A stretch of 64,000 bases of DNA, taken from positions 434,001 through 498,000 of the forward strand of contig NW_026515689.1 of assembly GCF_025526975.1 (NCBI RefSeq), in the 5' to 3' direction. Shown piece by piece: positions 1 to 12,462 of the stretch (its first letter is position 1; the number at the start of each line of letters is the position of its first letter). Source of the DNA: Fimicolochytrium jonesii (lineage: Eukaryota). Both the position numbers and the translations under genes were made by a program. Below the pieces are notes generated by a model. The model was not told the DNA's origin. It was given only the letters and a program-made list of their open reading frames with translations, and made no database searches.

Positions 1-855
1 GGCACCATGCTCGTGGTGTTCCTGTATGTTTATTTCCGGGTGCTGCGGAAACTAGTGAAAATGCTGAATCGCGACCAACGGAGCACGCAAAAGTTACTCT
101 TGATGATACCGCCACAAATTGCGATCGATCTGGAGATCATTTCGTCGATCGCCGACATGGAGAAACAGTCCGCACTCAAGAGGTTCATGGACCGAGTTTG
201 GTATAAACAGGCATCCGCGGAGGGAAAAGAAGCTGATGAACCTCCGAAGGGCCCAAATTCTCGCCACAGTCCCCCCGAAAACAGAACAATAGAGAAAACT
301 AGATCGTTGTCCGACATAGGATCATTACCAACACAGCGGAATGGTCGCGCTGCGGACCTGGCATTGGTGGCAGCAGAAGTCGGACAGCATAACGGCTTTT
401 CGGACATCAAGCCAAAACCCCGCGTTGCGCGGAACAGAGGGTCTTCCTTTTCGGGCACGAAGTCTCCTGCCATGATACTTCTGTCCGGACATGCGGAAGA
501 GCATCCTGACGACTCGGCGGATGATTCAGTTATGGATTCCCCGGTACTGTTGCGGTCCGAAGTTTCTGGCGATTTCAATCATCGTTCGAGTAGACGACGA
601 TCGTCTTCTAAGCTTGCTCGCAGTGCCAGCGCTACACTGCCTACGAGCAGCGACATGACGGGTGGAACAGAGAAGGAGAGGCAGCCCGAGTTCTTGACAA
701 GAAGTCCTGACGAAGAAAGCGGGCCAGTTCTGGACCCTTTCACAGGGGCAGAGATATCGGAGGCCGAGATTCGGCCACCAAGCAGGTCTGCTATGCGCAG
801 CACGCCGACAGGAGGCTTGAGAAAAAGTCAAAGCTGGGCCAGGCATGAAATGTGA
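1..855 (+). CDS. 3' end of a membrane protein running off the window: last TM helix, juxtamembrane helix ending LLLMIP, long Ser/Arg-rich disordered tail; possibly TmcB/TmcC-like
   Basis: Frame open from the window edge to TGA at 853-855. Hydrophobic LVVFLYVYF then RSTQKLLLMIPPQI resembles the C-terminus of TmcB-like PAS membrane proteins (from memory, weak). Confidence 0.4.
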   Translation, partial: GTMLVVFLYVYFRVLRKLVKMLNRDQRSTQKLLLMIPPQIAIDLEIISSIADMEKQSALKRFMDRVWYKQASAEGKEADEPPKGPNSRHSPPENRTIEKTRSLSDIGSLPTQRNGRAADLALVAAEVGQHNGFSDIKPKPRVARNRGSSFSGTKSPAMILLSGHAEEHPDDSADDSVMDSPVLLRSEVSGDFNHRSSRRRSSSKLARSASATLPTSSDMTGGTEKERQPEFLTRSPDEESGPVLDPFTGAEISEAEIRPPSRSAMRSTPTGGLRKSQSWARHEM

Positions 856-1366
856 AAACGGCCTCTACTGAAACATTATCAAATGTAAATGTGCTGAAAA
901 AGTATTTAGTTTGACTCGATCCACCGCCGGAACTTCGCGCAAGCGAAGTCCCCGTTTTAATTAACTTACCACTTGCAACTTCGGTAACAATTTGTTCATT
1001 TGTTCGGCCGTTACCAGCCGTACTGTGTAGGTCTGGGTTGTAACTTGAAACTTGTTTGACCGTTGCCGCGCAGGATGTGCTCTGCTTGCGTCGGCCTGGA
1101 AATCGCCCATTTCGTAATCTTCATAGGAACGGGTAGCATAATTCCTTTCCATCAGAACTTTACTCCACAGGAAACCGTATTTTACATTTCGTATTTTACA
1201 GTCTCTTGAATCCTTGTCAATATTATCGGTGAAACCTGGTTCTCAATTGATTGACGAGGATCAGGGATCTCGTTATTCGACTCGGAAAGGGAGAAGGGAG
1301 GAGGTACGCCGACGGGAGATGATGACAGGATATGCATGAACACAGACCGTTCTTCCAAACTCTTTT

Positions 1367-2524
1367 CTAACACCTAACACTATCCACCGCTTTCAACACT
1401 GCGTCCACAAGCATGGGTCGCAAAATGACCTGAAGGTGTGTAGATCCTTTGTCCGTCCAGACACCTCCAAAGGTCCCGCTGCAAAGGTCCCGCCCCCAAG
1501 CGTTGTACGCTTTCAAGCGCATAGCGGAATATACATCGTCCGGGACCTCAAACACCTGTTCGAAATTTTCGAACTGGTCCGCCTCTACAATCAATACGAA
1601 GGGCGCTTGACCGGTCTTCGTGCGCGCTTCCCGCTGCTTCATGAGTTTATTAGTCGCATCGCCCACCATGCGATATTCATTCACCAATAGAGCATAGCCC
1701 TCCGGTTGAAGCTCTTGGAACGCATAGTCAAATCGCTCGGGGAGTGTAAGACGTGCTGCGACTTCGTCACCCGACGTTCCAGACACGATCTTCGGGGCGG
1801 CGACAAAGCGGCCATATCCCAGTTGCAACTTGAGGACTTCTTTCGCGGCCGATGCTTCCATCCAGTTCCGAATCTTCTCTTGCCCAATACGCATTTGGTT
1901 ATCGATGTCGCTCACCATGGGGTCGGCAAACACGATGGCGTTCACCTTGAGAGCCGGATGCTGGTAGAGTCGCGCTTGAATAATTGATCCGGCCATCGAA
2001 TGCCCGCACAAGATAACAGGGCGGTTGAGGTTGCCCGACACGAGATTTAAGCTTTCCATGACGTCGTAGAGCTCCGAAGCCATCTCTTCAATCGTTGTTA
2101 TGTGCGAAGCAGACTCGACCGCGGGAGACCAGCCATTTCCAGCACGGTCGTACGAAACAGAGGCTACGAGGGTGGTGGCGGCGCGGGTTGAGATGGCGGT
2201 TTCCAGGGCCCGTTGGAAGGGTGCCCACGAAGTTGCGTGCATTCCCAATCCTCCAACAAGTATCACGACTGTCCCGTTCGTTTTGGCGGGTCCTACGATA
2301 GAGTCGCCCCCATGCACGACAATGCGCCGGACGGATCCGTCCTTCAACTTCAGGAAGCGGCCGCAGCGTGGCCCAATTCGCCTGTCGACAAAGCGAAGTA
2401 GAAATTGATGGAGAAGAGGAAGGGAAACTGGGAGGACAACGGCGGCGAGCAGCGCTCTTCTGAAGTACGGGCTTGAAACAAGCTCACCAAGAGCGGTCCT
2501 GAATGGCGTAAAAGAGAGAGCCAT
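1367..2524 (-). CDS. Alpha/beta-fold hydrolase with N-terminal hydrophobic anchor, single exon
   Basis: 385-aa ORF with VILVGGLG oxyanion strand, SYDRAGNGWS, nucleophile elbow GHSMAG and a C-terminal His (STHLQ). Confidence 0.85.
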   Translation of the reverse strand: MALSFTPFRTALGELVSSPYFRRALLAAVVLPVSLPLLHQFLLRFVDRRIGPRCGRFLKLKDGSVRRIVVHGGDSIVGPAKTNGTVVILVGGLGMHATSWAPFQRALETAISTRAATTLVASVSYDRAGNGWSPAVESASHITTIEEMASELYDVMESLNLVSGNLNRPVILCGHSMAGSIIQARLYQHPALKVNAIVFADPMVSDIDNQMRIGQEKIRNWMEASAAKEVLKLQLGYGRFVAAPKIVSGTSGDEVAARLTLPERFDYAFQELQPEGYALLVNEYRMVGDATNKLMKQREARTKTGQAPFVLIVEADQFENFEQVFEVPDDVYSAMRLKAYNAWGRDLCSGTFGGVWTDKGSTHLQVILRPMLVDAVLKAVDSVRC

Positions 2525-2606
2525 TGCGAGCTAACCGATAAAGTTCTAAGGATGTCTACTGTATATTTCTCTACCTTGTCAGGGACTTTGAGGGTTCTGG
2601 TAAGCT

Positions 2607-2617
2607 GGTTCGACTCC
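2607..2617 (+). promoter_or_regulatory. Isolated Pol III B-box-like sequence GGTTCGACTCC
   Basis: Matches GGTTCGANTCC in the divergent hydrolase/HRT3 intergenic region; no tRNA cloverleaf around it. Confidence 0.2.
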
Positions 2618-2904
2618 TATGTATAAGATGGCTTGATGGTTCAAAAAAAAATCCTGTGGGTCTGTGGGCGAGTTTGGCACTTTGGTGGATGAGCTCGTCG
2701 CGCGTTTTTGATTGAAAGTGCGAGTAGCCAATGCACCTATTGGAAGTTCGAACGCGTACGTGATGGCGATTACGTACTGTACGAGGAAGGAGCGTGTTCT
2801 CCTGTGGGAACATGGACGATCTCGATTTGTCACCCCTCGATCTGTCGGTGTGCATTGCCAACTAGAACTCCGTAAGACCAATTCAATCGCCTGGGACAGG
2901 AGCC

Positions 2905-4335
2905 ATGGACGTTCAAGTACCCGTCGAAGAAGACGAGCTAGCTACCTTCCGCCAGAGATGGCAGCAGGAGCTGCACAAGGAAAAGCCCGTCCCCACCACT
3001 CTTCCTTCAACCACAAGCAGCACTTCCAGCAATTCACCCGCACGCCAGGTCACAGCAGCAGCCTCACCCGCCAGTCCGAGCAAACAACCTGCGGCGACGA
3101 CAGCTGCTCACAGGCAGCCGCTGGCACAACTTCAGCCGAAAGTCGGTCAGTCTCCAGCAGCAGCGGAGCGACAGCTCGTGAAGACCGACAATGAAGCCGC
3201 GCGTCCTACTCCAACCGGCGGACTCGCAGGTGCTGACGGCTCACACTCGGAACGAGGACTGGCGGCTTATGTGGAAGCAACCAAGCACGAAAGGATGGGT
3301 GATTTATCCGCGGCCATGAAGAAGTATCGTGAGGCGCATAGACTGGACCCGGAAGTCGAGAAGAAATATCGAGCGATCTTGCAGCAACCATCGCATCCCT
3401 TTCACAAGCAGCAGAAAGCGCTACCGGACCCGAACGCCAGTCTTTACACGTACTATGATTTCCATGAGGTCGCTCATGCCGATGACAGCAAATCATCTCA
3501 GAGCGATTCAGGCACTTTGGCGAAAGCCCTGCAAAGGATGGACATACAATTCATTCCGCATAACGAAAATAGGAAATCACCTTTTCACCGTCTACCGTCC
3601 GAGGTCGTTTCGCATATCATCCAATGGGCGATCCTTCTGCAGGGACAAAGCATCTCATGCTCCCTTTCCTTGGTGTCAAAGAAAATGTGCGTTCTGGTTG
3701 CTGAACAGAGCGTGTGGCGGGCCGTGTGTGAGAAGGTCCATGGACCTTTGGCGAACCCCGATATCCCGTTGTCTAGCGAACTGCCCCTCTACAGAGACTC
3801 TTGGATGGACATGTGGCTGGACCGCCCTCGGATAAGGCGAGATGGCGTATATATCTCTCGGATGAACTATGTCCGACAAGGGGAAGGTCAGGGTTTTTAC
3901 GCACCAGTCCACCTTGTTACCTACTACCGGTATCTCCGCTTCCATCGCGATCGAGTGTCGTTCTGGACAACGACAGTTGACCCGGCTGCTGCCTTGAAGA
4001 TTCTAGCTGCCGATGAGGTCAAACAAAAAGGATATATGCTCGGAGAATATACTCTGGAGGGGAAAGATGTTTTCCTGCATATGCGAAGTAGTGAAAGAGT
4101 GGGCACGTTTAGAGCTCACTTGACGCTCACGCAAAGCCGCCGGGGCAGGCAGAACAAACTCGTGTGGGGTAAGTTTGACATACGTCAAACAGTGGCATTC
4201 ACTATGACTGATGTTCCCGCTACAGTGGCATACTGGCAGGAAAAGACTGGGGGTTTCAAGAGCGAAATCCCGACAAAGACGCTGCGATCGTTCATATTCT
4301 CGAAGGTCAACTCATACCCAAGGAGTTTGATTTGA
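2905..4335 (+). CDS. HRT3: F-box protein, Hrt3/Pof7/FBXO9 family
   Basis: N-terminal ELATFRQRWQQEL, TPR-like segment, F-box (RLPSEVVSHII), C-terminal RPRIRRDGVYISRMNYVRQG and HLVTYYRYLRF. Confidence 0.9.
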   Translation: MDVQVPVEEDELATFRQRWQQELHKEKPVPTTLPSTTSSTSSNSPARQVTAAASPASPSKQPAATTAAHRQPLAQLQPKVGQSPAAAERQLVKTDNEAARPTPTGGLAGADGSHSERGLAAYVEATKHERMGDLSAAMKKYREAHRLDPEVEKKYRAILQQPSHPFHKQQKALPDPNASLYTYYDFHEVAHADDSKSSQSDSGTLAKALQRMDIQFIPHNENRKSPFHRLPSEVVSHIIQWAILLQGQSISCSLSLVSKKMCVLVAEQSVWRAVCEKVHGPLANPDIPLSSELPLYRDSWMDMWLDRPRIRRDGVYISRMNYVRQGEGQGFYAPVHLVTYYRYLRFHRDRVSFWTTTVDPAAALKILAADEVKQKGYMLGEYTLEGKDVFLHMRSSERVGTFRAHLTLTQSRRGRQNKLVWGKFDIRQTVAFTMTDVPATVAYWQEKTGGFKSEIPTKTLRSFIFSKVNSYPRSLI

Positions 4336-4357
4336 TTACGCCAAAAAGTTGCGCCAA

Positions 4358-7300
4358 TCAGTCTTGAGATAGCTCCGCGACCGCTTTGGACTGCAAGTAT
4401 TTCCCTGCCAACCTGACCTTCTGATTGGCCTGTGCACGCTCAAACAGGACTGGACAGTCGAGTGAAACGCATACCGAAGTACCGTCTACGACCGAGTTCT
4501 GTGCCGAACACGAGCGGCAGATGCGTTGCAGCTGCATGTGACGGCGTTCTGCCTCGTTGAGCCGGAGGGACAGGGTCGTCAAGGAGGATTGGGCATCTTT
4601 TGCGCATTTTGTGCAGAGTTCTGGGGGACGGATGTGGATTATCGCGCAATTAGTCGGCAGTCCATCACCACATAACGAGACAAAGACATGCGGGTTACCT
4701 TGATACGTCATCTCGTGACACACCATGCAATGCTTAGCAGTGTAATACTGATCAATAGTGCGCCCTAGAAGATTGTTCTGCTTGTGATCGTCCTGCTGAT
4801 TTGACGGGGCGTCGGGCCGGAACTGAGACGCAGTGTATTGGATGGCTCGTTGCACTTTGGGCATCTTGTCAAACCAGTTCTCCACATCTTCATGGAAATA
4901 GACAGAAAGGGAAGTAAGGATACTCGGTGGTGTTTGAGGAGAGGGCGTTTTATTATCATTTCATACCTGCTCCAACGAGGTTGAAGACCCGAGCCAGTGA
5001 TGGGATAATCAGATTTCGAATGTAGTATTCGCCGTGTAGTCGCGCCGTTCTTGATGGTAAACCGGGCATAGATTAGAGATGCCTGCTCCCTTCTACATGC
5101 AGAAGCTCAAGAAGCCCCAAGACTTACCTATCGTTGAGCAGCTCTTCTGGCGGCACCGAGCAATCCACCAACAAATGACCAGGTCCACGATACTTCACAA
5201 CGTAAGGAACCCTTTCGCCGTACTCCGGTTCCGCCCGCGGATCCTTCTTCAGCTTCCTCCTGCTTATATCGGCCCCTGGTGGTTCACGGCCGTGCTCACT
5301 GTCCATTATCTTCAGCATATGTCCTGAATCGCTTCTCTCGGAGCGATGAGAGGACATTCTCACCTGTAGGTGCCATATTTGACCTCCTTGGCGATGATGA
5401 AATCCTGTGGAGACACCCGGCCACTCAAGATCTTGCCCCACTGCCGATAAAGGTATCGTTTGACTTCCGATAGGTCTTGCGTTCGAAAGAGGATCCTTTG
5501 TTTTTCGCAGAAGTTAGCACGTTAGAGTCAATCAGGTATTAACTCACAAACCGGCTCCAAGATACTCACTTTAGGCAGTCTTCCATGCTCTTGCCGACGG
5601 CAGGGCAGTTATCGCGGCGCACGGTCTCAATGCCTTTTGCGTCGAACTCTGGTGTCACGTCGTCGGGAGATTCGTACTTGAAGCCTACGTATCGTTTCTT
5701 GGCGAGAAGGACACATGGATGGTAGACCTTCGACAAAACGACCATGAGTAACACGTTTTCGCAAAAGACATCGAATCAGTCCAGCAACCACCTTCTCAAA
5801 TTTCAACTTGACAGGTTCCGGATTCATCTTCGTCACCGTATCCACGATATCTTTGCCAATGACAAACGCCTCGTCCTTGCTTTTGCCTTTGAGGTACACG
5901 AACAACGAGTCCGTATCCCCATACACGACCTCCGCACCCCATTTCTTCGTCTGATGAATGAGATCGATAGCACGTTCCAGGGTCGCTCGACCGGTTTGCA
6001 CGATCGCGTCTGCGATCTCGACGCAAGGCATACGGCCTGAAAAGCTGGCGCCCGTGTAGCCGTACGTGACGTTGGCGATGAATTTGAGGGAGAGCTGGCG
6101 TGCTTCCAGGATCCGCTGAAGCGACTGGATGGGAGTGAGATTAGTGTGAACGGAAAATGATATATAAGTCGCACCAACCTTGTCATCCTTGTACAATTTC
6201 ATCGACTCTTTCACCATCACACGGGTATCAAGAATTTCAGTCAGCATGCGTCGTAGAGTGCTTTCCCGAATATGCGGCTTGACAAAGACCATGCCATTTG
6301 GCGAGACTGCATTTGCAACGGCGTATCAGCATTCATTGCACTTGACAGCCAACAGCGTACGGGCGACCTTACCATTCAAGTCGTCTTTAAATGCCTCCAC
6401 AAACGCAGCGGGCACCTCGTAGTCATCCAAGATGCCGAACTTTTGTGGCTTGCCCACGTTTTGTACACGACCCAAGCATGTTGAGTAGCTAATACAGAGC
6501 CAGCACTATTGAGATGAGAGTGCGAATAGCGACGGGATGATGGAGCACATACCAGAAGTTGTAGGCTATCATGACCGAGGGATACAGAGACTGGAAGTCC
6601 AATACGAGCAATGGGCTATTGTAGAATCGTGACTGTGGCTCCATGACGAGAGGCAGGCACTCGCAGGCGCGTTGAGCTGCAACCTGCTTCTTTGTTGGGG
6701 ACGCCATGATGAAGTTCTCCGGTTTGACGATCCGTGCCATGATGGATTCAACTTTGTACTGTGATCCTCGGCTAATAACTGAAAAGAAGTCGATACCGAA
6801 AACACGGGCGAACTCGCTAGACAAGCATGGTAAGTTGGTTATTCGGAAGTGAGATAATTGCACTCAGAGGTCGGATGTACCTGGTGCGACTGATCATGGA
6901 TGTGTCATCGAGCAGATCGAGATTGTACTGAACCCGACTAAGGTAATACTTGACGGTTCGCCATCTGAACAGCATCCCTTTTTCGTACCATTCGTTCAAA
7001 GTTTTGGGTGTAAACTTCGGGACCCTAGCCGTGAAATATCACCAGATATCAGCCCCGTTGCGACGTGCGTGATGGATTCAACTTGCACGCATGTCTAACC
7101 TGATGTGCAGAACGTGATAGGCAATGCTTTCCAGGGTGTAAGAGGTCAGATTCATCTCCGAACGCATCAGTCGCCACACATTGAGGAAGATGCGCCCGGT
7201 GGTGTGCATATAAGATTGCTTGTTAGCTCCCCAGGCATCTTCGTCTCGGCCAAAGCGCGTATTGGCATCTTCTGGTTTGACTCGGGACAGTTCGGCACAC

Positions 7301-10300
7301 AGATCGAATTCTACCTAAGCCAGATTAGTTGCGTTCGTTTCACAACGAGATCTTTCAACTAAAGTCAGACACCCACCATGTTCGTCGCGCGCGCGCTCAG
7401 CGGCATATCCCCATGATGCGCGATGTACATCGTATCCAACAAGAAGGTCTGGATCGAAGAATCTCACTTTCTGACATAGCAACTCTAGCAGCGCCTTCTC
7501 GTCAGGCACGATATCGATAGCGTATCCACCGACACCCGTCTTTGCAAGTGGATGCTCATCTTGCACCATGATGATTCCAACAAAATATCCGGGACGGGTG
7601 CCGTTGTTCCTAAACCTCGTCTCATCCTCATGTTGCAGGCAGTAGAAAAGTGCCCGGATCTCGTCATGCTGTGAATCCGGAAGAAGATCGCCTCGGCACG
7701 TGGCATGCAGCTCCATACTCATCGAGCACATGTACTGTTTTTGTACCGACACATTCTTGGTGCTGATCTGCGTGTACTTGAAGCCGTACGGGTTCTTTGG
7801 GGTTGGGGCTTCGATTTGGGAAACGAGCACCGGCTTGCGCCGTTCTTGTATGCCTTTTTCAAAGGCGCGCATCGATTCTTTGAGCACCAGGGGGCCAGGC
7901 TGCTCTTTGACCTCGGCTTTAACTGCCTCATGCGCCTTCAACCATTTTACGGTCTCCGCGCGTAACGGCGGTAAAAAAGGTACAGTCCAGGCGCGAATGC
8001 TGGAGGGCGCCCGTGTCCTATTGAACGGACGTCAGACAATAAGCCATGAACAATATCAGAAACCTCTTCTCGACGGATTTCAAAAGAATCCACGGTCCTG
8101 TACTCACCGTTGGTCATCTGACTTCCGACACGTCTCTTGCCAATGCTCCAACCCCCTAGCCAGGGACTTATTCGACCCACCCTGAGTCATTGTCACGTTG
8201 GCCCTCACCGAGCATCCACTCGTGTCAAACTCGCTCAAGCTTTGAGCGTCGTCCGCTTCAAACTTATAGTTACGACCCGCAAAAGTTCTGACACGAGCCG
8301 GGACGTCTTTGGGGTCACTGAAGTACGGCTCGCGGTACACGACAGTAGGGATTCCATAGAGGTCCATAGTGGCACGCAGCTCGTCTTTGGAGGGTGGTGG
8401 AAAGGCGAACTGGTAGAGTCCGGGCGCTGCGTTGCTGACTACTGGTTCAGCATGTTGTTGTGTGGGTAATGTGTTTGCAGATGTTGTAAAAGGCGACGCA
8501 AACGGGGTTTCCAAGACATCATCAGAGTTTTCAGAAGCCTTCTGCGACGAATGGGAGTGGGGTACGGCGCTTCGGGCATCGACTTCCGAGGATGAATCGA
8601 CTATTGATTCATTTTGCGACGGATTGCTTTGAATTTCCATTGAGATATCTGGGCTCGGCGTAAACCCTTCAGGGGTCGTCGGAACGTCAGAGGTTAAGAA
8701 GATGGGAGGATTCGGCGCTTCGATATGTATAGCAGACCTTTCCGCGGACACGTCTGAAAGTGGACGAGACTTCGAGGGTGTTCCAAATTTATCGTCGGAA
8801 TGTAAGTCGAAAGTAGGCGCTGGCGTTGGATGGCGAGTAGAAGGAGAATCTGCGATCGGTCTCCCGTGCCATGAGTGCAAAGCGGTGTGTTCCTGCATTC
8901 GGTCCGGATTCCGTTCGGGAGAAACCATATTCATTGCCGAAAGGAAGCGATGAGCCGCATCAGGAGGGTGAAGGTTTGACACTTTGTCTAGCGAACGCAC
9001 ACTAATGTCGTGATTGACGAGAAACTGCTGAAACTTTGCAACCTTCTCTGCATCCAAGATGGAACGCTGCTTGGTGCTTCGTTTGGCGGTGTCCCCATTG
9101 GACGACGTACTCCTCGAAGTAGATACCTTTCCAGAAACCTCGGAATTCAGGACGCCCCCAGAAGACTGCGCTCCACGTTGCCGCTTCATAGGGATTTCAA
9201 CATAGACCATAGATCTCTGCCGACGTATAGCTGGAAGACGTGCTTTACGCTCTTCAGTAGGCGACGGTGGCTGAATTTCATCATCCGACTCGCTGGGGTA
9301 TTTTGGAACGCGCAACCCAAGCGTACGCCGTCGGCCATGGCCAGGAGGGAGTGGAGTCGGGGATCCCGTCGATGGTGGCTCGCTTTGCGCTCTGCGGGAA
9401 ACTGGGGTGTCAACGTTGACGAGCGGATCCGGGGTATGCTCATTGTCGGACGAGATCTCCATGTGCGATTCGCGAGTACGAGTTTCATGCGGGAATGGCA
9501 CTACTGAAGTGTGGGATGAAGCACGATCAGGCTCGTGAAGACGGCGCCGTTTGGGAGGTGGCGTGTCGCCACCCGCACCGTCCAGTTGAGGGATACGCCA
9601 CTTCACACGCTTCGAAAATGGGGTTTTGGAAGTAGGCTTGTTCGTGCTAAAACCACGCGAGGTTCCATGGAACCCGGCTTGTTCGGTTTGAAACGGATCG
9701 TCCAATGCGGTTCGCCCGTTGGATTGTGGGGTACCGTCGCTATCGACGTTAGACATATTAGTCGTTGAAGCGACGAATGGTGAGCCGATGTGAGTTTGAT
9801 CAATCGCGTCCAAATTTCGGTCCCTTGGGAGCATACGCTCAAATTGGGGCGGAGGTGGTAAGTTCAGATCTTCGCCGTCCTCTGATTCATATGCAATCTC
9901 GTGGCGCAACGGTGAAAGTGGGGAGCTCTGCGAGCTGAAGATATTTCAGTATCATGCAGTTTAAATGGAGTGCGAGGGGGAACTCCACAAGTACCCACCT
10001 CATACGAAGCTGGTCAACTTTGCTCTTAGACGAAGGTGTGCCTGCAGGGTAGCTCTTCCGAGTCGGCGTTTGTGGGGTCACAGAACGCACGGACCTCGGG
10101 GAAACCGTCGACGCAGGTGTCAGTGGATCATCATATAGCAATGTCATATTGGCTAAACCCTCGTCTGTATCGTCGAAACCCTCGTCCGCGCTCTCGTCAA
10201 CGTCCGTTGCCGGATCTCCAAGAGGTGAGAACACTCTCACTTCCTTCGGTGTGAGAGATGAAGATGGAGGTTCTGACGTTTGAGTGCTATCGGCCATCCA

Positions 10301-12074
10301 TTCCAAAATTTCTGCGATGTCGGAATTAGATTGAGACTGCGGCAGGCGTAGCATTGATTCAACATGAGGCAACGAAGTACATGGAGACGCTATTCACACG
10401 GAACGCACCTGCTGCTGAAAGCCAATTGCTTGGGTAATGCGTTCCATGTCGAGCTCCACGTCGACTAGCCCGTTTAGGTCCATTAAGTCCTGATCATTCA
10501 GTTGTGTCGATGCGCGCCTCAATTCAGTAGGACCGTAGACCTCGATGGTAGTCTTTTGTATCTCGGCCTCAGTATCAACCTGATGCGTTTCTTGCGGGCT
10601 CTTCCATGCCGGCACGGACTGAAACGCGGTTTGAAAAGCGTCATCTTCCCACACGCCTAGTTGCTCTTGGAAAGGGATATCCATTTGATCTGCCCCTGCA
10701 ACCCCTTTTGCCTGCTGCATCGAAGCCATCAACTCTCTCCTCAACCTCTCCTCGTTTCCCCACGGCTGGTAAGGTAAGCGGTTACTCGCTTGCGTGATTG
10801 TACCACCGGCTGGCATTGCTTTGGATATGCCCTTCATCCGTCTCCTTTCTCGTTCGTCCTACAACGCGAATAAGAAACGAAGATTCAATCCAGTCCATGG
10901 CCTCATCTTGTACCTACTTCCCAAAGGTTTGCCAGCGAGGGCACCAGTTTGGTGTCCCCGAGATCTAGAGTTCCGTTCTGTAAATCGATCAGTGCTTTAC
11001 GTGGGCGTTCATCAATCAAGGAGCGATTCATGATGTCTTCCGCCCATGTGTCGATTTCGAGCTCACAATAGCTTTGCCGCTCGATTTTGAAACGAGAGGG
11101 CCACTTGCGCTGATCCAATACCGATGCATCCGTGAATAGCTGTGTTGCTGAGTCAGAGGTTTGTTCATTGCGTGGAATCTCTGATGGCGGAATGTTAGCC
11201 GCCACTTGCAATCCGCACGCCTCGGCGAGTTTGAACGCACCGTAGATAGGCAACCGGAACCGGGCATCCGCAAAATGGATGAAGTCCATTCCGTAAAGAT
11301 TGTAATCAATGAAGAACTGGTGCAGGTATGGCAAATGCGCCTCGTACGGCTGAAAGGACTCTCCCATGACCGATCCATTTTCCACCAGCGATACGATGCG
11401 GTTGAGCATGCTTGGATTGAGGACACTGATCTTGAGAAAGGGCTGATAACGGGAATGGAAGCCATAGTAGGGAATCCCCTTGACGAGAGCAATGGAGGCG
11501 ATGAAGAGGCACTTTGCTGCATCATCGGGATGTCTTCCAAGACCAAGCGCAATGGCATGATTCAAGCTGGTTCCAAATTTATGAATGTAAAGGCGCACTA
11601 AATGACATGCTTATAAGAAAACGCTCGTTCTCAAACACCACAATAGGGGCGCTACCTTGATGAGGATCCGTTAATCCATGGTACGGCACATAAAAATATG
11701 GATAGACCTACAACATGGGACAAGCGTCAGGTTCTCTGTCCCAAAACAACCGTTGGTGATACTCCGGGAGTCGCGAAGCTTCCAGGCCAGGCGATGTCCT
11801 ACGACTATATAATCTCACTCCTCCCTTCTCAGATCCCGTGCGGTCGGAAACCACCATTTCACACACTCACACGGTGCAGGTGAACACACGCCTTCTGTCC
11901 GTTTTCGGTGACCCCAAATATGCGTATTACGGGCACTCGGAATCCCCTGGACACTGGCTTTGAGAATTGAGTTGTCGTGTGATCAACATGCGGGTTGGGA
12001 AAGGTGCTGTAGTGATCGACGGAAACAATTCTAACGGAAATGACCGGAGCTACGTCAATTTCGTTCCGACTCAT
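4358..12074 (-). CDS. REV3: DNA polymerase zeta catalytic subunit, multi-exon
   Basis: N-terminal VPVIRIFGVTENGQKACVHLH and YEAHLPYLHQFFIDYNLYGM; PolB motifs LDFQSLYPS, KFIANVTYGY, YGDTDS, KGIETVRRD; C-terminal CysA (CMVC...CTKC) and CysB (CRSC...CVSLDCP); exons joined by GT-AG introns. Confidence 0.97.
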
Positions 12075-12462
12075 GCTGACTTTTTGGCCAATGCTGCAGC
12101 CAGGTTTCTTCGGAGGTATGGCCTGGAGTCATGAGTAAGGAGCTTCAAATGCGGTGGTGCTGTGGCTTCTGTACGTTAGATTGTCGGCAACTTCTGTCAA
12201 CGCAAGGCGTTGGGAGATCCTCCGCTCTCGGCAGCCTCAGCCGTCATCTGGACGTTGATTGACATGCCAGCCACAATGGGACCCGCCATGAACGCGTTTC
12301 TGTCCGACGCCATCGGACTCGACGGACCCGTAAATCTGATGAGCTCTTGTGGAGTCAACAACGTGGGAATTGCTGAGCTGTCGGAGGGACTCGTTCATCA
12401 CCTCTCAGCCGTCGGCGCTTTGTAACAGCAAGCAGCTCAAACGGACACTAGCATAGCGGACT

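Noticed and set aside
1367..2524. Intronless hydrolase as a horizontal transfer candidate
   Set aside because: Other native genes here (HRT3, b5, NOT2) also lack CDS introns and composition is unremarkable; needs phylogeny.
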